Source: Polymyxa betae A26-41
Lineage: Eukaryota > Protista > Endomyxa: Phytomyxea
NCBI GenBank assembly: GCA_003693705.1
Contig: RBZT01000198.1
Location: 1-64,000 of the forward strand
Reading direction: 5' to 3'
Length of the DNA: 64,000 nt
This document shows, in pieces, positions 9,201-23,107 of the stretch. The notes beneath the pieces are model-generated. The model had not been told where the DNA came from, made no database searches, and saw only the letters and a list, made by a program, of their open reading frames with translations. Numbering within the stretch: the stretch's first letter is position 1; the number at the start of each line of letters is the position of its first letter. A program made the translations under genes and the position numbers.

Positions 9201-12200
9201 CTCCGAATGTGGTGAAGATAACGGGACGAACACCGAGCGCCTCCTGGTCCAGCTCTGTGAACGACTCCTTGACCTTATCCTTCAGAATTGATTCAAATCG
9301 CTCTAAATCATTGCTGGATGTTAAGCGATCAGAGAAAACGCGGAGAGCCTCATTGATCCATAGACGGACAAAGATGAGGGGTGTGCTTATGGAGGCAGGA
9401 CTAGCTCGACACACGCCCTGGAATACGTTGCTTAAATCACGCAGATTGAACAAATAATGGAAATTGCCGGCTGTCGGCATGAACCGCTCAGAGACGGATG
9501 CAAACAGGTTTATCGAGGCCTGGACCATAGCTGGGGCCAGCGCCTGTACAGCAGCAGGAAATGGACGTAAATGTCCAGCCAGTATGGAGAGAAAGATCCT
9601 CTTAACATTCTCTTCTGTTGGAAAGCTACATGCGAATGTTGTGAAATGTCGCATTAGACGTGCATTAACGAAGAAACTTCCGGCCGTTGGGTTCATACAG
9701 GCAACATATTGGACATCTTTGACCTCTTTCTTCTCGAGTTTAGCACGGTCATACCAGGCTCCATAATCCATATGTTGACGTAAGAAGGCTTCAGGTGATT
9801 GAGTCCCGTACACATCCACATAGGGCATGTTAAGATCATCAACGAAGTAGATGAGCTTGCGATTGCCAGGTGGACCGAACGTCCTTCCACTACGTTTATC
9901 GATAGGTTGTTCCATGATTGTCTGTAAGGCAGCTGCATCAGTTCTTGAATTAAGATTGATAGTTGCAGATAACATCTCATCCGATACAGAATTCAGATAT
10001 TGCTTCACAATACAGGTCTTCCCGGTACCAGCTGTGCCAACAAAAAGAACCGGCTTACGTTGACGCACCAGGGCATCCATCAAGAATGTCAGACGGATCG
10101 TGTCCGGGGTCGGTACGACCAGGTCTGTGACATCTGTGGTCGTGGCTAGTTCATCAGGTCGATATTCTGGTACGATAGATTGCCAGAGCTGTAGGCGACA
10201 TTCCTCGATGGATGCGAAATAATCGAATACTTCATATCTTGGCTGGTTAGCTTCTGGCAATGGATATTTAACCGTCTGAAAGGCGTTCTTGAACCAACTG
10301 CTAAACTCATTACGATAATTCCGCTGCTTATCAGCAACCAGAGCGCCACCGAATGCCCAAACACATGCGAATACGAAATAAATCTCGAAAAGTTCTTTAT
10401 CTTGCCCTGGAGCTGGTGCCTGACCGGATGTCTGCGTCTTCTTATGAGCGGAAAGTTTTGGCAAAAGACCTTCAAGCAAATAACAGAGTGATTGAACACG
10501 CATGATATCTGATTGTGGCACGATGGTCTTGAAATTACGTCGAATATATTCGAGAGTCTCAGGTGTAACGTATTTGTTGAACAATGACAGTAACGTGGAC
10601 TGTTCTTTCTCATCGTCACGTGATCCAATCCAGGAATCCACAAATGGTTTCCATCCGATGTCCTTCTCATTGATATAGATGATACCAGCGCGACTAACAG
10701 TAGCAGGTGTAGCATTCGCTAAGTTTGAAATTTCAAATAGAAGACGCATTGGTGGTGTCAATGGGATACGTTCGTTAGATACAAGTGTCAGGACCTGAGC
10801 CAGGATAACGGTCAGTAAATGAGACCGCAAGAGAATTCGAAACCGCGACCTTGTTATCGTCCATGACCGTGTTCAGCGACTCGATCCATGCTGGGTCGAT
10901 ATCTCCGTCCAGTACGACCACTTTCCATTTCTGTTGGTCATTATACGGAGGATTGTTCCTTGACATATTCCTATTCCAGAGACAAGTCAGTTGGTGCGGA
11001 GTGCGAGACGGACTGCGTGACAGTACAAAACCGTTACCTCATCATGCTACTGAGAATGCCATCATTCCAATCAGTCTTTGTAAGCCATCCATACAATTCA
11101 TCATTTCGTATAGCTTTCGGATTAAATACTTCATAAACACATTTCTGTCCAAGACGATTGTAGGCACGGAATAGAACCTTCCAGGTCTCTGATTTTCCGC
11201 ACCCTGTTGGACCGATTACAAATACTGAATGCCGAATATCTAGCAACTCCGCCAGTTGCACTGTCTACAACCAATGTCAATGCGTGGTCCACTCGTCCGC
11301 AGGGACCAGTACGGCACCACATACCTTCAGAATGAACATTTCTTCGGCCTGTAACTGTGATTCTTTAGTACAGAACTGGACAGCTGCTGTTAGAGCTTCA
11401 TCACTTTTTCTATCAATAGAAAGACCCGGGAATAGATCCATGACTAATCGTATAAAAATAGGAGTATCTTCAACTACAACTTTGGGTAAATTGAAATCAC
11501 GTAGAGCTCTCATTAGGATCTTATCCTCGCTGGTTGATGGTTCAGCACGTTTTAAAGATCCAGCTACACGTAAGACTGCCTTTGTAGCACGAAGGCCCCA
11601 GTCATAATGTGCTTGTTTTGATAATAGCTCTGACGATAGACGATATAGAGTGACGAACTTTAAGGCCAAAGGGCGAGCATTCAAGAATCCTTCAGACATG
11701 AGCATATTCTCACAGATCATTTGCATATCCGGTACGACCATAGCGCAAGATCGGAATAAAGCCTTCAGGTTCTCAGGTAGTTCAGTACGACCAGCATAAC
11801 CCGGATTCATGGTGATGAACGCGCCCACAGTCGGTACCAGTCGAATGTTCTCACCCATGAAATCGAACCTGCATGAAATGGATGGGTCGGTACGTCCCTT
11901 GGATGAATACGGCCGGTCTTGCCGCTTACCTCTCCTTCTTCTCTCGGATTGCATTCAAGATCGTACTGAACTGGGTTGATACCACCGACAAAACCTCAAT
12001 GGGGATTCGATTGAACTCGTCAAAACATCCCCAGGCACCTGTCTGTGATAGACCCTTGAAGATCGCCCCTGATGACACATCACTGAGACTCAGGAAAGGC
12101 GGGGACCAGTACGACGACCGCACATACCGAGACTCTCAACATTCATTTGTTCCGAGCAGTTAAAGACGTATACAGCTAAACCCATTCCTCTACCAAGATC

Positions 12201-15200
12201 TTTAGTAGTCTCAGTTTTACCAGTACCAGCAGGACCAGCTGGGGCACCACCCATGATTAAACGTAATGCCTATAAGAAATGATGAGGGGATGGGGGCCAG
12301 TACGAGCACAGAAATTGTACAGACCTGAGTTAGAGTAATGTAGCATCGATCAGTGAGTGGAGTGATAACTAGACGCCCAGTATTCCCAATATATTCATAG
12401 GAATATGAGAATGATGCATCAGCAACCAATATCTTACAATCTCGTACTTCAGATAACCATTTATATCGAAGCTGTGATTGCCATGCAAATGCATTCACTT
12501 GTTCAATCTTATTTGTAATCAAGCTCTGAACTACATCGCGATTATGAACATCAACTGTAATCAATGTAATGATCTTGATACGATCTTCACGACTTAGCTT
12601 GCCAAGAACCAGATTAATCAATTTCGATAAACGATCATTAAGGACCTGTACGCCCTTTATCAGACAAGCCCGAGGACAGCACCTATCAGAGTGATGTACC
12701 TTGAGATATTCCTTGAATGCTTGTTCATTACCATCTGCTTGTGCATCAAACTGTGCTTCAACCTCTTCAGTCCATAATACTTGGGATGCAGTTAAGGCTA
12801 TTTGTGCACAATAATCGAATAGCCATTCATGTCGTGGTTTTTCAATCTCCCACTGATCAGCTGCAAATTTGGATCTCTCCAGAATATCACGCAATGTCTC
12901 GCGCATGATGTCCACCAAACCATTCAACCAGATTTCAACTGGACCATCACATGCAAATGGACGAATAAATGGGACATATTCGTCCCCGTCCTTGCTGTAC
13001 ATACCAATGGCGTTCTTAGTGGGTTTTTTCGTCTCTGGGTCCATCTCGAACTCCAACTTCTTGATGTTATCGAAACAGTCGCCAAGATGGGCCTGTACGG
13101 CCTGCGGATTGTTCCCATTACTGAGGATATCGAGTAATGCTGTATTGCTGAGGAAATAGAACCTCGGAAATGCGACCTGGTTAGAGCATGTCAGTGTCAG
13201 TCCGTTTCTCTCTCGTAATAATAATCAGCACCTTTTTAGTCTCCAAATATTGATTGAGACTCTTTTCACATTTCTCTAAGCCACTCTTCATACCAACTAA
13301 TAGCTGAGATCTTCCCTTCCATGTACACGCCTCAATCGTATTCGGAGCAGCAGATGCCTCCTGCATCAACTCACGAAAACTGATGTCGATACCATCGAAT
13401 CTAAACACAATCAGCGAAGGGTCGTACCACCCTCGCGCCTGGCTCACCTTTTACTATCATCAGGTAATTGTACCCGAATATCTTGTGAGCTGATAAATAT
13501 ACTCTGTAAACTTGACCATTTGCTTTGTACTTCAAGCCAGTCATGCAGGACCGTCTCGGTCGTACCGAGATCTGACTGCCATTTCTCCACTTCGGATGTG
13601 AAATGTTCAACGTAGCGTCCTTGTCCTGCAATACCTTGTAGCATAGCCATATTCTCTTCTAATGCTTGTAATACTTCATCTGGTGTCTTTATAACTAATA
13701 CACTTGGTACATCACGATGTGGACCGAATAGTAATGGAAGATCAATCCATTGCGATGCAATCTTCTTTAACTGATTACCGATCTTATTCTGTTTATTCGC
13801 CAATTCCACAATCTCTTCCACATCAGTAACATACCTGAACGAATCTCAGAGAAATTAACAAATTCAGGAAACCCTAAACCCTAGAAATCCCTAAAACGCT
13901 GAAAACCCCAAGCATTCCCTACTTATGCAGTTCCAATGCGAGTAGATCTGCTAGACAGAATCGAGGTCCCATAATGAACTGTTTCTGCGTCACATTCATT
14001 AATTGTGTCCAATGACGATCTTGCATCGATGGCGAATGCAGAAGATTCACGAGGGGTAGGACGGTCATCATGTTCTTGACGTCGTTCTGTAGACCTAACA
14101 CGAGAGATTCAGGGAACCATGTCGTGCCGGCCTCTGACAGATTTCTTACCAAGATAGGCCTTCCAGCTTCGCATCTCTTTAGGCAAAGCTCCAATTCGTT
14201 TCTGTAAATTTTTGGCTTTCTCCATGAGGGCCTCTGTATCAATAGAATCCCATAATGTTGTCTTCCAATCGGCAAATAGATATGACACCATAGATATCAT
14301 ATCCCATAGAACTTTAAGAAGTTTGTTCTCTTTACGTGATAGAGGAATCTCACGATAACTTGATACACTCAGCTCAAATAAACCCTCAAGACGGTTTAAT
14401 TCTGCTGCTGCCTTCTCCACTATTGTGATCTGCGTATCAAAATACGCAATGTTCTTATAAGCCTATCATGGATATCAGCGATCAATAGCAGAAGAGTGGG
14501 ACAGGGGGGATGTACGACCTCATGCGGCTGAATATCATAGGAGAATGGAGCATCATCACGGAATGAGGCCCGGAATACACGCAGCTGTTCAGCAAAATTC
14601 TCAGCCTTCAGATTGATATTGTGAACACCACGATCTTGGAATGGCGTGATCTTCTCTTTGACCTTTGTGATGGCGGTGTCAGCAACAACCAGAATATACT
14701 GGTCGATATAATTACCTTGTAAACACGATCGACAGTGTTCTCCCATCTTACAGGGGCATCATCCAGCATTTTAAGTTCAGCATCAGATAGAGGAATCCCA
14801 TGACGTTTAAGTAGATTCACCATCTCACGTAGAGGACCGAATGAGGCCACTGTGGCTGTGCGCTTTGTACGAACTTGATGAATGTAAGTCAGGCTACGTT
14901 CTAAGGCGTCTGTATCGCCTTCTGGTACATCTGCTTCCAATCCAGCAGTAATCTGAAAATAAAACTGAGATCTTTTGATTCATGATAAGAAGATCACACC
15001 GACCTTATTGATAAATGACTCAAGACCATTAAGCTGTCGTGTGATTTGATTTTGTAAGAACGATGTATATGTGTGAATCCATTTACTTGCCCATGTTGAT
15101 AATGCCTGTTTAATTGGCTGGGCATTGATACGCAGCCAGCCAATCTCAATAATAGATTTCATTTCCTCAATCTTTGCCTGAACTGCTTTATAATGCATAA

Positions 15201-18200
15201 TCTTGGACTCGAATGATATCAATGGAGGCAACCCATTAGCCTTAGCACCCTGTCCTTGGTCCCCATCACCCTCATCACCAGCACCCGTCTCATTCCCATC
15301 CTTGCTGTCATCGGTTGAGGATTCCGCCACGGTCCTGACAACGATCAGTACTGAAGCGAGACGCGGGCCTGGGACGACGATCCGAACCTTTCCGAGACGA
15401 GGAAATCGCGGAACTCGACGTTGCGGTCTCTGAGCCAGAGATCTTCAAACTGTAGATATTGATTACGATACTCATTGCAGAGGTTCTGATTTTTAACAAG
15501 ATGTCCATTGAAACGTTCCATAAGTCGGACAATGACAGCGTCATTCTTGAGATCGGTCACGTAATCACCCTCGACTGAGTCCAGACGTGCAACGATCTTC
15601 CCAACATCAAAGAAACCATCGACCCAAGAGGCCACCTAACACATTCGATATCAATATACACCGACACATGATGGGGTCGAAGATGGCCCTGACCATGGCC
15701 CAGACATCCGGATTGGCACCAGCGACGTGAATATCTTTGGCATTGAACAGGACGTCCTTGTTATACAATCCCAATTTGATTTCCATCATCGGTGGTAATT
15801 CAGCTGTTACGATGTTCTCATGATCGATATTTTCGATCACGAATTCAATGGATGATGAGATCACCTTGGCAAGACCTTGACGAACATGCTCCTGCAAGAA
15901 CTGCACGTAATCCTTCCATGTTGCAGCACCTTTCGATACCTACACGCGAATGGATCAGTACGACCCGGATACCACGAACAGCACAGGCTCTACTTTAAGA
16001 GTTTCGTTGGTGCTAGCGATGAGTTTCTGAATCTGAACGGCGGCCTTCGAGATTTCATCGAATCTCGCCTTGCGTAATTTGTGAAGATTGTCCTCGAAGT
16101 CCTGCGGTGACAGCGCCTTGTTCTTACGATCAATTAGAGGCTTGGCGACCTCATCCATCAGTTTCAGAATCGAACGGAAATTGCGCTTCATGAACTGAAC
16201 GATGTCGTACACCTTCTGGACATTCTCCATACCAGATTGAATAAACTCATTGACAGATTTCGATTTCCAATTGAATTCGGTAGTGCCAGGTTTGATCTCT
16301 TGATCGATCTTCTCCAATGCCTTCTCAACCAACGGACGTTCAACTTGATTCAATGTCGCAATCATCTCATTATACATATTAACAATGAGTTGCAAGTTCG
16401 TAATCTGCATGCGATATGTTTGTGCTTGACTAAATATAGATATAGCTGATTCTGGAACATCCACATTCTGATTCAATAGATACTTCACTTCACGTAACAA
16501 TCGCACAACATCGTCATCGAAATTCACCGAGTACCCTGGACATGACAAGTTAATGCGTGAGCGCGTCCGCCGCGTACGGCCTTACGTTCCGCGGTCGGGT
16601 CGTACTTGAGGAGCGGCTTCCGTAAACTCTCTTGTGAGGTCTGATCGATCTCCTTCTTCCATTGTTCCACTTTTTCATTTTGATACGCTATCATAGTCTC
16701 TACGACCGTATTGACAGTCTTCATAATCTCCTGACTTTCATCTTGCGCTAGTTCTTCTGCTGTACTGAACTGACGTAGTTTCGCCATCGGCTTCGTAATA
16801 CGTTCAATCAGACCATGACACCAAGCTAGAGCACCAGCTGTACGAGGTTGGTTGCTATGGATTGGCGGATGATCTAAAACAGAATTTGAACGCACGACCC
16901 CTGAAACCCTAGCACCTGCCTCCATACCTTTGTTCTGTAGGAAGAGTTCCTGTACGACGCGCAGGTCGCTCGCATATTGCTGCAGTAGCATGGGTTTCTT
17001 CTTGTGTAATTCGTCTTGTATAATGGGTCGGTCTAAGAGTCCCTCGAATCCATCCAGTAAACTGAATCGTGCGAATATCGTGGCACTATCCAGGAAGGCA
17101 GCAGAGATCACCTTGGCAAGACGGCGATCGAGTTCTTTGATCTGGAGACGGAATCGATAGAAGTCATCATCAAACTCCTTCGCATTCACATCCATAATAT
17201 CATAATTCACACTCTTGAAACTCTCCACGTTCTTTGAGAACTCTATCATAAAAGGTAATCAGCGGCGAGAGGCAGTACGACATATCGGGCGGTACTCACC
17301 CAAATGGATCTGGCGCAGAGTATCGGTGAGAGATTTGCCTTTGGTGCCACCAATGTGGACCTTCTCAAGTTTGGAGAATTCGAGCACGATTTTGGTGAAA
17401 TCGAGAATATCTTCGCATCGTTCAATAAATAGATCTAATCGACTGAATAGAATCTCATTGCCAGCTTCCCATTGACGTTCAGCAGGCAACATCTGTGTTG
17501 AAGATTGCCGGCATTCATGATAGACTGTCTTAAAACGGGAGCAAACTTCAGCAGTAGAATGCAATGTTTGAATGGCCTCATTGACATTCTCGTCTTCCAT
17601 GAAGCGGAACAGAACAGGACCAGATATGAACTTCCGCGCCTGATCGATGATCGAGTTGCAGATCTCGCGGACCAGTATGACCAGGCGGGCGTTGGTGTTG
17701 TACGTGTCGGAATGTTTCCAGATCAGCAGCATTGTATGCAGAATGGGCGTGTACGAGTTCACAAGTCTGTGTGAGCATTACTCAGTGGTCGGGCTCGGTT
17801 AGGGTTTAGGGTTTTGTGGGCGTACTTGGGGAAGTCGAGCTCCTCAGCAAGGCGTGTGAAATGTCCTCTCAATGTTGACAGATATTTGGAGTTCTGATTG
17901 GCTTCGTTCTTGGCAGCGACAACATCAGCAGCCAATTTCTCGAATTGAGCTCCGAGTGTGCTTTGAGCTCCATCAAGCTCACGAAGGACCTGAACCATAG
18001 CCGCAGATGTAATCTGTCACAAAGATTAGTAGGATAGGAAGTTGGAAATATGGTAGACACCGACCTGAGCATGAACCAGATTCAAATTCTGTGATTTATT
18101 GTACCAGAAATCAATCTCAGTAAGCGGGCTTGGATATAAACCCGATTTGATCAATGATTCAGGCTCAAGTTTGAGCACAGATTTGATCTGTTTACTCCAT

Positions 18201-18940
18201 TGAACTATGCAGGTCTCCAACTGATGGATCCTCTCTTTTACCGGAAACCTGCCAACAATCAGCTCTGGTGCAATGATACACGACAATCAGCTCACTGTTT
18301 ACTGTAGATTGATTCCGGTGGAAACGCCAGTAATGTCTTCCCTTTAGATTGTCCTAAAGTCACATAAAGCTGTGATGAGAATGTCGACATTTTCGAGAGG
18401 ATCTCTTTAGCTGCTGGTTCAGTCCAGTTCTGTCGATTCATCGGATTACTGATTAATGGCTGCATGACATCCTGGATCACATAGGACATATTCTCCAATG
18501 GATTGGGCGTGTATTCCATACACAATAGCTCCCCATAGTTACCAGCTGTTACCGTCATCTCCTTCGTCTTCATTATCAACAGCGCCTTCTTCTTGAACCC
18601 CTCCGGAGCCGAGGTCGTTGCCTGCAATACAGCCATTTCAGATTCCAACGGGGGCACCGATGGGCGCGTACGACCTTCACCGGTTCGCTGGTGCCCGGAT
18701 AGAACGAGATCGTTCGGCAATCGTTCTGTTTGAAGAATTCGTTGATGGCAGCCCTGTATAAGAGACATTGCATCAAGGTCCAGAACGGCGCCAGCAAGCG
18801 GCGGCAACGTACGATGTCTCTTCGGTCTCGAACGCCTTCACAAATTTGTCTTTGTTGATGGATCCGCGCAGGGCATCATCAACCTTCTGACGCAGCCAGA
18901 TCATCTCAGGCGAGCTGGCCGCCTTATCAGCCTCCGCCAT
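3239..18940 (-). CDS. Axonemal outer-arm dynein heavy chain, beta type (DNAH9/11/17, Chlamydomonas ODA4-like); >30 exons
   Basis: P-loops [24 protein letters not shown] and GVGGSGKQS; stalk/MTBD; C-terminus [15 protein letters not shown]...[11 protein letters not shown] typical of beta-type outer-arm HCs. Start MAEADK at 18940. The introns checked are GT-AG. Confidence 0.95.
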
Positions 18941-19264
18941 GCTCGCGATGATAGCGGCGGAATGGGCGCCACGTCGCTACAATGAGCTGATGGTTTCTGT
19001 ATAACTCAAAGGTCCAGAGTACCCAGAAGTGATCCAAATTAGCAGCCGGTCATCATGATCAAGAAATTGTTACTAATTAGCGGGACCATGCAAGGCAGCT
19101 GAATTTCACACCTCGTTCAAAGGCAGATTCCTGAAAAACCTCTATCGTACTGGCTCCAACTAAACGCTTACTGATTGCAATTTACACTGGTTTAATTGTG
19201 CAGAAAATTCAGCAGTTTTTGCAGACCCAGAGAGAGAGCTCTGACAAAATCAACGGTGCAATAA

Positions 19265-19999
19265 TTAGGTTTGTACAGTGCAGAGCTCCCTGTCAGTTTC
19301 TGGAATCCATCTCTTCATGATTCTGCAAACAATTTGGGTGCTGTGCAGCCATTCTTGTTCAGATACAGAGGCAGCATTATCTATGTCACTGCTTACATAC
19401 AGTAGCATTGTCTGCTTCACAACTTGATGCGATGTCCTCATCAAACAATGTGCATTAGACCAGGAGCTGCCTCTCTGCTCTTTTCTGCATTGCCGATTAT
19501 CGATGACAATAACAGAATAACGGGCGTGATAGAATGAAGGCCCTTTCAAGTAGACAGCAAAATCGGCACCGAATTTCAGGCCCGATTTGGGAGTCCAGTT
19601 GGACTTCCTTAAACAGCAATAAGCTGCATAATTTACTGGAAACGACGCCGATAGTTTGATTAGGGCAAGCCAGAGCTGTTCTTCACCAAGCACATTGTTG
19701 GAATCGGCTTCCGATACAGAAAGGCAGTGTAACCCTTGCAAAGAGCATAGATACATCGCCTCCTCGTAAAGCAGATGCAGAACTTCGCCGCGATCGAGTT
19801 CTAATGGTATAGAACGGCTAAGAGAGCCTTTCCCAAAGCATCCCAGCTGAACCAAATAGACTATATCATGGCGGTTCTCGACGACAATGGCGACACCTCG
19901 AAGAACGGCATGACACTGTTTGCGTTGAGAGTCAGCTGATGATCCTGATAAGCTGCCTAACTGATTATGGGATGTGAACTGGCTTTTCGCAATAGACAT
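19265..19999 (-). CDS. SEN2: tRNA-splicing endonuclease subunit Sen2
   Basis: GCFGKGSLSRS, LLYEEAMYL and PKSGLKFGADFAVYLKGPSFYHARY. First ATG at 19999; intronless. Confidence 0.88.
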   Translation of the reverse strand: MSIAKSQFTSHNQLGSLSGSSADSQRKQCHAVLRGVAIVVENRHDIVYLVQLGCFGKGSLSRSIPLELDRGEVLHLLYEEAMYLCSLQGLHCLSVSEADSNNVLGEEQLWLALIKLSASFPVNYAAYCCLRKSNWTPKSGLKFGADFAVYLKGPSFYHARYSVIVIDNRQCRKEQRGSSWSNAHCLMRTSHQVVKQTMLLYVSSDIDNAASVSEQEWLHSTQIVCRIMKRWIPETDRELCTVQT

Positions 20000-20432
20000 T
20001 ACACAAATCGACGCGCAATCCCTAGTGTTATACGAGGTGTTGCAATTGTATACAAATAGAGGATAATATCGAATTATGGCATAAACGGGCACGATATTGC
20101 ATTTTATGTGTACCTGTAATATATAACCAGAAAGCCATCAGACGGGATAAATGTGTTTACAATCTGTGATTATTGATTCCCCCATTATGGACTGGCTTAG
20201 CAAATGGTAGACATCGTAAATTCACATTGCTTCAAATCATACGGAAAGACATTCAAAGGCGATAGCATTGCTTACACTTGCAAAATACAATCATGTTTTG
20301 GATTTTTTCATTCCAAAAATTTCAATAAAAACATGATAAAGTTTTAAAAATTGCGGATTGGATTCCGCAGTCTCCGTTGTTGATTTCTGTTAGACCTTCG
20401 ACATTTTTTGCTGACTGATCTTTTGTTCGAAG

Positions 20433-20993
20433 ATGGGTCAACCATTACCCAGCTATGACGATGAGGACAGATCTGGTTCTGATTATGAATCGCCGTCCAG
20501 GGATCACGAGCTATCTAACTCGGACTCGGATGCCCCAGAAATGGTGACGCAAGAGAACAGTAAACGATTAGCTCGACTACAGCGCAGCTCTGAAATGCAG
20601 TCGCAACGATACCTGAAAGAGCAACGAAAGAAACGTCTTCGAGCGTTAGCAGAACAAATACAAAAGTCATCTAAAGAGAAGATCGAGGCCGCAAAATCAC
20701 AGAAACTATCTGGCGATATCATCCAATGCATTCAAGATGTTCTTGAAGATCATAGTGCGGTCGAGGAGAACCAAGAGGACGATAATTCCCATTCTTTACC
20801 AGTGCCAAGACCGCAACGCATCGTTAGAGACGGATTTGAGCTACAATCACTTGCCTCAGCCAGAATCTCCAGTCAATGTGGTAAAGACGCTCTAGAGGTC
20901 TACAAGTTGGACGCAACCCGACATAAACGGTCAATAACCTATCGCAGTGCTCGTCCAGCTGCTCAGTTTATTGCTGAAAGGTTGCATCAATAA
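20433..20993 (+). CDS. Charged 186-aa protein, possibly U3 snoRNA-associated (Bud21/Utp16-like)
   Basis: Intronless ORF with acidic SDSDAPEMVT motif followed by a basic coiled coil (KEQRKKR). The stop overlaps AATAAA. Family call is tentative. Confidence 0.6.
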   Translation: MGQPLPSYDDEDRSGSDYESPSRDHELSNSDSDAPEMVTQENSKRLARLQRSSEMQSQRYLKEQRKKRLRALAEQIQKSSKEKIEAAKSQKLSGDIIQCIQDVLEDHSAVEENQEDDNSHSLPVPRPQRIVRDGFELQSLASARISSQCGKDALEVYKLDATRHKRSITYRSARPAAQFIAERLHQ

Positions 20994-21057
20994 ACAGAAA
21001 GTATTCGTTGCTAATTTTCTCTACTGTCAAAATTTTATAAATTTTCCACATTAAATT

Positions 21058-22684
21058 CTATGCGCCGTTCCCATTCTTGTCTTCGCTCCAATCATCAAAT
21101 AGAGAAATACGCGAGATGTCCTTAGCGGCTTCGTCGCGAGTGTTATCCGGAACATTATCGGCATTGCTAATGTCATTCTGGATAACATATGTAGAGGTCA
21201 ACCCCGTTTCTGGTGCTTTCGCATCGTTAAAAGCAGGCCTAGTTCTCTCCTAGATAAAAATTTTAAACGTTCCGCATGATCGCAAGTCAGAACAGCATGA
21301 ACTCACCTCCTTTTCATCATCAGCTGGTTTCGATTCGTTGCCACGAATACCCATTTTGTCATTGTAATTGAGGATTGTCTAATAAACAACTCAGTGATCG
21401 ACTAGACTTTTGTTGAAACGTACCCAATCAAATACATAGTCGACCTCGTAACTCTGCCTAAAAAATAAATCACGAAGTAAACGCCTCAAATAGGCATAGT
21501 CCTGTGGAAAAGTCTGAATATTGGAAGCTGGGAGTGAATAGATATTGTCATACAGGTTTATCATCGAAGCGCAAAGTTCTGCAGTAATTCATGTAAGTGG
21601 AGAACTCGGGAGGAAATCCTCTGCACAGCACTTCGATCGGCGTTGACATTTTCTTCTCAGATATTTTATCATATTTCTCTTTTTTGGTGTTCGCCTAATC
21701 ATCGTTGAGCCAATGGGTGTCTGGTGATTAGCTGATTACCTTCAAGCCTTGCCAAGGCAAACTACCTCGGTTGAAATACATTAGCAAGAATCCAATGGAT
21801 TCGAGATCGTCCCTGCGTGATTGTTCGATGCCCAAATGGGTGTTAATTGACGCATATCTGGCAGTTCCTGTCAGCGATTTGTGTTCAAGCTAAAGAGCAT
21901 AAGTTAGAAATACCCGCAGAAATCAAAAATTCCAAATTACATAAGGTATGTGTTGGTGGGTCTTAGGATCTCGGTATTTCTTTGCAAGACCAAAATCGAT
22001 GATATAGATCGTATTGCATCGCTTTCCAAGTCCAATCAGAAAGTTATCGGGTTTGATGTCTCGATGAATAAAATTTTTAGCGTGCACATATTCGACTCGC
22101 TACGATGGAAATGAACAAAAATGCCATTTGGTGACAGAAAGTATACAGCTAGTAATTGATCTGCAATCAGAAGCACGGTCTTGAGTGAGAATTTTCGACC
22201 ACAGAAGGTGAAAAGATCTTCCAGTGATGGACCCAGAAGTTCCATCACCATGATATTGAAATCGCCTTCCTTTCCGAACCACTTGACGTTCGGGATCCCA
22301 ACTAAACACATCTTGACAAATGAAACAGTCATTGAAGAAAACTCCCCTACTGGCTCCTTGAAGAATGCGATATAACTTAAACTCATAAGCAAGCTGAGGA
22401 TGTCTGGTTTTGATCGATTCCTAAACGTGAAGTTGAAAGATATTCAGACAACCTCCTCTCTAGTAAACTAACAAGTTTGACACCGAATTCTTCTCCGGTG
22501 TGTATATGTGTTCCTAAGCGAAAAGGCAATCGGAGACTGAAGCAACAAAACAGCAAGTCGCCACTCGCGTACCAAGATAAAGGTCCCCAAACGAACCCGA
22601 GCCAATTTTCTTCCCCAGTCGATACTTGCCACCGACTCTAAGCTCAAGTCGGGGTCGCCTCGACCTCGACGCAGTCGACGACAT
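21058..22684 (-). CDS. CK1: Casein kinase 1 (delta/epsilon-like), multi-exon
   Basis: [73 protein letters not shown]. Stop TAG at 21058-21060. Confidence 0.95.
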
Positions 22685-23107
22685 GGCCGGTTGGGACTAT
22701 CGCTGAGCGACGACAGAGATGTGCTGGTATTCAGAAAGGAGTTCAACTGAATATGGAGATTATCTTATCATACAAGGTACAAGTCCGCACAAATCACCAA
22801 GCATGCGTTAGGTCACAGTTCAAACTTCTCTACCACCAACAATACCTGACTTTTCATGGAAAATCAGACATGACCGTTGTATGATTTTATGACGAATCGT
22901 TTTCAATGATGCTTCGAAAATTAAACTGAAATGGTATCTGTCATTGAAATTATCGAATAGCACCCAATGAATAAGTTACAACGACAGCGTCAGAAATATA
23001 TGAGCTTTAATAAATGCTTCTCAGGTATATACAACAACGACTATTGTAGTAGGATAAAGATTTTTTTAAATGTACATAAATACACTGTACATTTCGTATA
23101 GGTAAGA

